DNA of 64,000 nt from an uncultured Actinomycetota bacterium (GTDB taxonomy: Bacteria > Actinomycetota > Actinomycetes > JAHEKZ01). A program made the position numbers and the translations under genes. The notes beneath the pieces are model-generated. The model did not search any database. It was not told the DNA's origin and saw only the letters and a list, made by a program, of their open reading frames with translations. Where the stretch lies: contig CAWHIJ010000003.1 in NCBI GenBank assembly GCA_963829525.1, positions 1,312,001 through 1,376,000 of the forward strand. The letters run 5' to 3'. Positions 59,101 to 64,000 of this stretch are shown here, piece by piece; positions within the stretch are counted from its first letter, which is position 1, and each line of letters begins with the position of its first letter.

Positions 59101-59251
59101 CACGAAGGCGGGGACGATGGTCGAGCTTTCAACGGTACTTTCTGCGAGAGGGTTCACTACGGAGGCGGCGTCGTACCGAGACGCCGCTGTCGAGACATAC
59201 CGAAGGAAAGGCAACATCACGGCCATCGCGGAACTTGCGCGCGGCACGTAG
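56162..59251 (+). CDS. adenylate/guanylate cyclase with zinc ribbon, AAA/STAND and TPR-like domains
   Basis: CSSC..CLAC, LFCDLVAST, KFIGDAV, NTAARL, PPGVGKS, LDDVHWA. Confidence 0.9.
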   Translation: MRVCSSCSESNLDRARFCLACGSPLKDGVTDRRPVTALFCDLVASTELGERLDAEVLRRVLDRYHEVMREGIERHGGVVEKFIGDAVVGVFGVPEVHEDDALRAVRAALEMRDSLPSLGDELDLDLRIRIGIQTGEAVTDVASAIRGGTGGDTFNTAARLQTLAPAGGVVVGDATGDLVGRLVKLEPLEPLSLKGKKAPMVAWLVMGLSMKQRAADTPIVGRRRELALLDAAFEEAKSARAPVLVTLLAPPGVGKSRLGEEVKESLAERARVLVAQTPSYGDGITFAPLVDLLADAAGASIDEPAVIAARLRQRLTMESDGAAVGDRLAHVLGVEGTASGDTSWALGRLLESLAREGPIVAILDDVHWAEPPMLDLVEAVTERTHAPLLLLCLARPEILETRPTWGGGRHRVITMTLSPLSEDESRTLARRLLGADAPDELVDAVIDRGEGNPLFLEQVVAKLSDEGLVSAGGWTGGSGADLEVPPTIHALLASRLDRLDDSTRSMLAIAAVDGRRFSVPTVAFLADRTEADVRAKLELLEPRGFVEQEDGSSQRWRFAHALIRDAAYQRMPKERRAELHEELATRLASSAADDEAIARHLQQAITFRREVRLDEEHTAELARAAGERFAAAGESAYNRSDLASAAPLLERAVTFLPEDAAERFRILPRLGAALMEIGRAHDAETLLADAIGVARQRGSELDALRAEVQLVVARGVYRATTAVEIETQMTRLELLRTPLHQHGHRGALAEFWMALDYLEFMRGNPAAMFKANLQAMEDAAAAGWPREEMQAASDIIAAAVLGPMTFDEIRAFGNELTTSNDPIRVSTGLAAILAADVAQGVDPEATEHAWQEFTSGHGLVWLEGAHSAHIAALELASGALDRAERRILRARQTAVAMGDIWYVNIMEAILAFALDGQGRTHEFLRIADRYESHMSVFDLEARVHRHRLRSLAFSRRGALDDAEASAREALKLVEPSGLVSTKAGTMVELSTVLSARGFTTEAASYRDAAVETYRRKGNITAIAELARGT

Positions 59252-59381
59252 GTGGTTGGCGGAGAAGAGACAGCTGGAGATCCCCCAAACAAGGTCGCGG
59301 GTCCCAGTGGGAGCAAATCTTTCTCCGTCGGTCGTGGGTTTAGGCCCGGTCCGCTCACCAAGGGGCAATAGAGTCCGCTAG

Positions 59382-60053
59382 GTGAGCGATCAGGATGACG
59401 CGGCGGTTCCACGCCAAGGCGAGCGGCGAATCCCCATGGCGCTGGCGGTCATCGCCGTGGGGATTCTCTTCCTGCTGATCCCCGAGGACTTTCGGGCAGT
59501 GCCTGGTGCGCACATCGGCTTCCCGGTCTTTTTGCTGGTGCTGCTGGTGGTCTTGGTCGTTGGTGACCCAGGTCGGATAGACCGAGTGAACTCATGGTTG
59601 CGGAACGTCACTGGGGTGATGATTGCCGGCATCACCCTCGGAACAGTGGCGTCCGCTGCGCGCCTTGTGGTCGGACTGCTCCACGGGGCGGACTTCAGCT
59701 CTCCAACGGAGCTGCTCACGATCGGGGTGATCGTGTGGACGACGAACGTCATCGCGTTCGCCCTCTGGTACTGGCACCTCGACTCCGGTGGGCCGGCCGC
59801 CCGGCTCAGTCGTTGGGACGTGTCGCGGGCGGCATTTCGGTTTCCGGAGGAGGACATCCCAGCCTTGCTGGAGTCGGGTTGGTATCCGCAGTTTGTCGAC
59901 TACCTGGCACTGTCCTTCAATACCTCCACCGCGTTCAGTTCGGCGGACGTCTCAGCAATACGCCATTGGTCGAAGCTGATGATGATGATCGAGGGGGCGA
60001 TCTCCCTCACCCTCGTCGTCCTGGTGGTCGCCAGGGCCGTCAACGTCCTGTGA
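59382..60053 (+). CDS. DUF1345-like membrane protein
   Basis: FALWYW.LD.GGP; FVDYL.LSF..STAFS; VARAVNVL. Confidence 0.8.
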   Translation: MSDQDDAAVPRQGERRIPMALAVIAVGILFLLIPEDFRAVPGAHIGFPVFLLVLLVVLVVGDPGRIDRVNSWLRNVTGVMIAGITLGTVASAARLVVGLLHGADFSSPTELLTIGVIVWTTNVIAFALWYWHLDSGGPAARLSRWDVSRAAFRFPEEDIPALLESGWYPQFVDYLALSFNTSTAFSSADVSAIRHWSKLMMMIEGAISLTLVVLVVARAVNVL

Positions 60054-60105
60054 GCCGACCGGGCTGTCAGCCGTATCCCAAGCCGGTCGGCCGCTAGGGA
60101 GTTGC

Positions 60106-60146
60106 TCCCCGTGGCCAGAGATGAGATAGGTCTGTGGCCACGGGGA
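60106..60146. terminator. hairpin between convergent genes
   Basis: 12-bp inverted repeat TCCCCGTGGCCA/TGGCCACGGGGA. Confidence 0.55.
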
Positions 60147-60154
60147 ACTTCCGC

Positions 60155-60388
60155 CTAGTTCCGGACGACGGCGCAAACTTCGCCGAGTACGGACATGGCG
60201 TGCGCAGTTGCGGCGTTCGCGGTTTTCAGTCCGTTGTACGCGTGGTCGGGCGCAGTTACGAAGTCGACAACAGATCCATCAGAGACTGTGCACCGCCACA
60301 CCACGTTCCGTGACACCGCCGCGTTTGCCGGAGTAGCCGTGACCGCAATTGCGCCGAGAACGACTGCCGCGATCATGATTCGCTTCAA
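60155..60388 (-). CDS. small secreted protein
   Basis: GAGGAGG RBS, signal peptide ending ANA, two Cys. Confidence 0.7.
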   Translation of the reverse strand: MKRIMIAAVVLGAIAVTATPANAAVSRNVVWRCTVSDGSVVDFVTAPDHAYNGLKTANAATAHAMSVLGEVCAVVRN

Positions 60389-60805
60389 TGGGACCTCCTC
60401 TTTGGGGGCAGAGCCTTGGCCCCGACGCTCTGCGAGGCCAATCGTAGGCGCAGAGAGCCTCTGTGAAGTACCCGGTTGATGGGTAAAACTCCCAAGATCA
60501 GGGTCGAGTGGGCCTCCAGAACCGGCCGCACTTCACGTCTTCAGTCTGCACAACAATGATTGGCAATACGTGATCACCCTGCGCGGACGATTGGTCAGCA
60601 TATATCCGACACCCAGATCGATTGATGGCTCAATACCGTTAGTCAATCTGGTTCCGGTAACAAATCCAGCGGCTTCAGCAGCGGAACAACATGATCGATG
60701 CCGGGGTCCATCGGCCCCCTGTCCGCGTCATCCAACCACAATGCCTCTATCGATCTTAGGATTCTCGATGGGGTTGATCGGGCAAGTCGTGGGTATTAAG
60801 CCTTC

Positions 60806-61324
60806 ATGAACATCGAGAATCTCCGTAAGCGGGCCAGGCTGATCAGTGACTCCTACCAGCGCGGCGAGAACAGGCCGCTAGGCGGCTACCTACGGGCACT
60901 GGGTGTTTACGGCGTGCTGGTTGCTGCGGCTTCGACAGCGGTCAAGGCTTCCGGACGCCCACTGCCGGAACGTATCGAGCCCTACGATCTGCTCCTCTTG
61001 GGTGTCGCTACCCACAAGACGAGCCGAACCCTGACCAAGGACGCCGTTACCAGTCCCATTCGTGCCCCTTTCACCAGCTTCACAGGTGCTGGGGCGCCTG
61101 GAGAGGTCAGTGAAGAAGTCGACGCCGCAGGGCAGGGGCATGCCGTCGGGGAGCTATTGACCTGCCCGTTCTGCATGGCTCAATGGGTCGCCACGGGATT
61201 CACCATCGGTTTGGTGGTTGCGCCCAGGGTCACTCGGCTGGCCCTTACCGTGATGTCGGGTCGGGCTTTCGCTGACGCACTGCAGTTTGCCTACGCGGGA
61301 CTCGAGAAGGGCTCAGAGCGCTGA
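60806..61324 (+). CDS. DUF1360 domain protein
   Basis: ATHK.SR..TKDAVTSPIRAPF; GELLTCPFC. Confidence 0.85.
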   Translation: MNIENLRKRARLISDSYQRGENRPLGGYLRALGVYGVLVAAASTAVKASGRPLPERIEPYDLLLLGVATHKTSRTLTKDAVTSPIRAPFTSFTGAGAPGEVSEEVDAAGQGHAVGELLTCPFCMAQWVATGFTIGLVVAPRVTRLALTVMSGRAFADALQFAYAGLEKGSER

Positions 61325-61331
61325 GCTCGCG

Positions 61332-61853
61332 TCAACGAGCGCTTACGCGGTGAAAGAAGGTCTCCCGCTTCGGGGCCCAGTCGGTGCGCCCCTTGGGGTC
61401 GAACATCTTCGCACCTACCCTCACCGACCTGTGGATGTTGAGACAGGTTCGAGTTGCGCTCCACGTGGCACGGTGCTCGCGGTCGAACGAACTCATGCGC
61501 ACTTGCCCGCAGGTGTCGATCCGACTGCCATGCTGTCCCCACTTGTTCACGCGGTAGAGGGTCCACTCACTGTCCGGAACAGCCACCATGCGTAGCTCTG
61601 GCCCGGCGTTCTTGAGGTTGCGGTCCACATAGACGACGAGGGTGCTGCCGAGACGGATCTTGTCGACCCTTACCTTCACCTTGAACTCATTGCGAGCTCT
61701 GCTGTTGGTCACTTCTGCCCACTTCACGTCGGTCGACGCTTTCGTCGGCGTGCCGTCGTCGAACCTCGCAGTCTCACCCCACGCGGCTGTTGCCGGCATA
61801 ACCAAGGCGGACGCCGCGACTGCGGCTGCGAGCACTGTGCCTCGCATCCTCAT
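61332..61853 (-). CDS. secreted hypothetical protein
   Basis: GGAGG RBS; signal peptide. Confidence 0.7.
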   Translation of the reverse strand: MRMRGTVLAAAVAASALVMPATAAWGETARFDDGTPTKASTDVKWAEVTNSRARNEFKVKVRVDKIRLGSTLVVYVDRNLKNAGPELRMVAVPDSEWTLYRVNKWGQHGSRIDTCGQVRMSSFDREHRATWSATRTCLNIHRSVRVGAKMFDPKGRTDWAPKRETFFHRVSAR

Positions 61854-61937
61854 CTGAACCTCCAGGTTGTCGGGAACTCTCCATGGGGCGGTACCCCTTT
61901 GCGAGCACTGCAAACCCGGGGAGCAAGAAGCGTGCGA

Positions 61938-63587
61938 TCAGTCGTGGCCGTACACCTTCACCTTGGTGCCGAGCGGCGACTCCTTGAAGATCTTGCGGAT
62001 CTGAGGACGCCAGACACGAACACAGGCGTGGCTTGCGGGATACGGCTCGACGAGGTCGTTGCTTACCGAGCCATGAAGGGCGATTCCGGGCCGGTCAGGC
62101 AGGAAGAACATGGGGTCGAGCATGAACGCGCCCGGGTACAGGCTGCTCTCGACCCACCCCTCAACCTTGCGGAAGATGTGGCCGGTTCCACTTGGGGTTC
62201 GGTGACCGACCATGCCGGTGGAAACCCACACCACCCGGCGGAAGTTGTGGTGCTTGACCTGGAACAGCGTCTGGCACGTCTTGTTAACGTAGATGCCATT
62301 CGCGCGCTTGGGTGCTGGAAGACTCGTATGACGCATCACCGACCGCTCCAGGCTCTTGGTCAGGCCGCGGCGGGTCGGTGTCTGTCCGGTCATGTCGCGC
62401 CAGGCGCAGAATGCCTGCCGGGTGCGAACATCCACCACGCCGTCGACGGCTCCCACTGGGACGCCCAGTGCGTCGAGTCGGCGTTCGACGAAGAACCGTC
62501 GGTTTCCGACCATCACCGACAAGCTTTGCGAATGGTCCTGGGCCACCCGGCAGTGACCATGCCGGCACATGGCGGCGGGCTTAAGGACCCGCATGATGTG
62601 CTTGCCGATGTCCCCGAACGAAGTCGACAGGCGGTACCGGGCTCGGTTGAGGGGCTCGCCGGAGCTGTTACGCACCTGTTGAACGGGCGAGACGTCCCGA
62701 GTGACCCATCCCCGGTCCGTGCGCTGCTGCAGCCGAACCCCGCCCAGCTGTGCCGCCGGGTATCCCGGTGTCAGCGTGCCCTTGACGACGAATCGCTCCC
62801 CTGTCGAAACGACCACTTTTGCGTCAGGCCGTGCGAGGTGAAATCGGGTGTCGGGGTTGCCGAGGATGGCGCGGTCAATGGCAGCCTCGGTGACCCGGGG
62901 CCAGACAACGACCACACGCGAAGCGTCTTCACCAGGCCGAGTCCACGGCCAAGGGGCCGCGAACTCGCCGCGACGATTCGTGCGGTCGACGGGTCGGCCG
63001 GTGTCCCCGACATGTCGCACAAGGCGCACAAGCATCCCGCGGACCGGGTCACGGCTCTCGGAGAAGACCACCCGACCCTGAGCGGTGGCACCTGATACAT
63101 CCCCAGATGAAAGACGTCGAGGAGCTTGGGTGATTCGGGTCAGTGTCGGCCAGTCCGAACCCTTGACGACGACTGTTGTCGCAAGGGCGCGACTGACGCA
63201 TGTTCCCGTCCCAGGGCATACCCGAACTCGCGGTTGGTGGCTGCCGTTCATGAAGGAAGCAAGCGTGATCGTGGCTTCCCACGTGCCATTGGTGCGGGTG
63301 CCGCTGACGGGGGTGGCCTTGACATCTGTGAACGAAGCCCGGCCAGTGCTGTCGAACACTACGGGGCGGCGCGCTTGACCATCGGAGCTGTTGACGTCGA
63401 AGGTCAGGATGATGGTCTCGACGTGACTCCGTGACAACGACACTGGAGCAAGGGGTGGGGTGAGGTCGGTGACGGTGACCGAGCCGGTGCCTGCCGTCGC
63501 ACCAGAGGCCGTCACCACCAAGCCTGCGAGAAGGGCGGGAACGATCAGCAGTGTCAACGGTCGCCGAATCAGAGCATGAGAGCGCAT
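61938..63587 (-). CDS. secreted L,D-transpeptidase family protein
   Basis: VSTG...TPSG; ALHG...ASHACVR catalytic motif; peptidoglycan-binding-like VDG segment. Confidence 0.85.
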   Translation of the reverse strand: MRSHALIRRPLTLLIVPALLAGLVVTASGATAGTGSVTVTDLTPPLAPVSLSRSHVETIILTFDVNSSDGQARRPVVFDSTGRASFTDVKATPVSGTRTNGTWEATITLASFMNGSHQPRVRVCPGTGTCVSRALATTVVVKGSDWPTLTRITQAPRRLSSGDVSGATAQGRVVFSESRDPVRGMLVRLVRHVGDTGRPVDRTNRRGEFAAPWPWTRPGEDASRVVVVWPRVTEAAIDRAILGNPDTRFHLARPDAKVVVSTGERFVVKGTLTPGYPAAQLGGVRLQQRTDRGWVTRDVSPVQQVRNSSGEPLNRARYRLSTSFGDIGKHIMRVLKPAAMCRHGHCRVAQDHSQSLSVMVGNRRFFVERRLDALGVPVGAVDGVVDVRTRQAFCAWRDMTGQTPTRRGLTKSLERSVMRHTSLPAPKRANGIYVNKTCQTLFQVKHHNFRRVVWVSTGMVGHRTPSGTGHIFRKVEGWVESSLYPGAFMLDPMFFLPDRPGIALHGSVSNDLVEPYPASHACVRVWRPQIRKIFKESPLGTKVKVYGHD

Positions 63588-63767
63588 GTGACCAGTTTAT
63601 GACGGCAGAGCGTGTGACAAAGGGACCTAGGCCCCCGAGTCTCCCGTCGGCGGGGTTTCAGGGTCTCTGGCGGATGAGCGGTGTAGGCGTGACGATGCGC
63701 GCACCCGATAATCCTTGCCTGGGTAGCGGGCTTGCGGGAAGGTATCGGGAACCGCTGAGGAGGTGCC

Positions 63768-64000
63768 ATGGCCGAGTCCAAACTGGATGCTGTCTACGGA
63801 GCGACGAGCCCGACCGAGCTGGCTTCGGCCTATGACGAGTGGGCAGCTTCCTACGACTCGGACATGGCAGAGGTCGGCTACCGACACCCGGCTGTCGGCC
63901 TCGCGCTGTTGACCCGGCACCTGCCGGTTGGATCCAGACCCATCCTTGACGCAGGCGCAGGCACCGGCCTGATCGGTGAGCTGCTGGGAACCGTCGGCTA
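63768..64000 (+). CDS. class I SAM-dependent methyltransferase (truncated by the window end)
   Basis: GAGGAGG RBS; YDEWAASYD and ILDAGAGTG motifs. Confidence 0.85.
   Translation, partial: MAESKLDAVYGATSPTELASAYDEWAASYDSDMAEVGYRHPAVGLALLTRHLPVGSRPILDAGAGTGLIGELLGTVG

Noticed and set aside
63622-63635. GGGACCTAGGCCCC resembling a DosR/DevR box
   Set aside because: Single imperfect GC-rich match with no hypoxia-type genes nearby
63588-63767. Possible c-di-AMP riboswitch before the L,D-transpeptidase
   Set aside because: Conserved motifs not found; the gene appears leaderless (TAAACT 6 nt before ATG)
1-64000. CRISPR array, IS element or prophage
   Set aside because: No regularly spaced repeats, transposase, integrase or phage structural ORFs seen

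Overview
High-GC actinobacterial chromosome segment. It opens with the conserved core block dusB-ppdK-dgt-dnaG, interrupted by small stress-type genes. tRNA-Asn(GTT) follows, then about 41 kb of accessory genes, tRNA-Ile/Met(CAT), and further accessory genes. I saw no integrase, transposase or CRISPR array. Main observations: (1) four promoters with identical geometry (GGAA-N7-GGAA-N11-[T/C]AG[C/G]GT) flank a BTAD/STAND regulator with a degenerate Walker A, defining a probable local regulon; (2) a urease-like ureAB/ureC pair with altered substrate-pocket and flap residues and no adjacent maturation genes lies beside a polyamine uptake and catabolism cluster; (3) a three-gene split cytochrome b6/subunit-IV-like module has no Rieske or cytochrome c gene; (4) a non-canonical Nramp operon is led by an unannotated 29-aa membrane peptide; (5) SigF/SigB-type promoters precede several small genes; (6) three genes carry +1 frameshifts that may be assembly errors. 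All family calls come from recognised motifs, not database searches.
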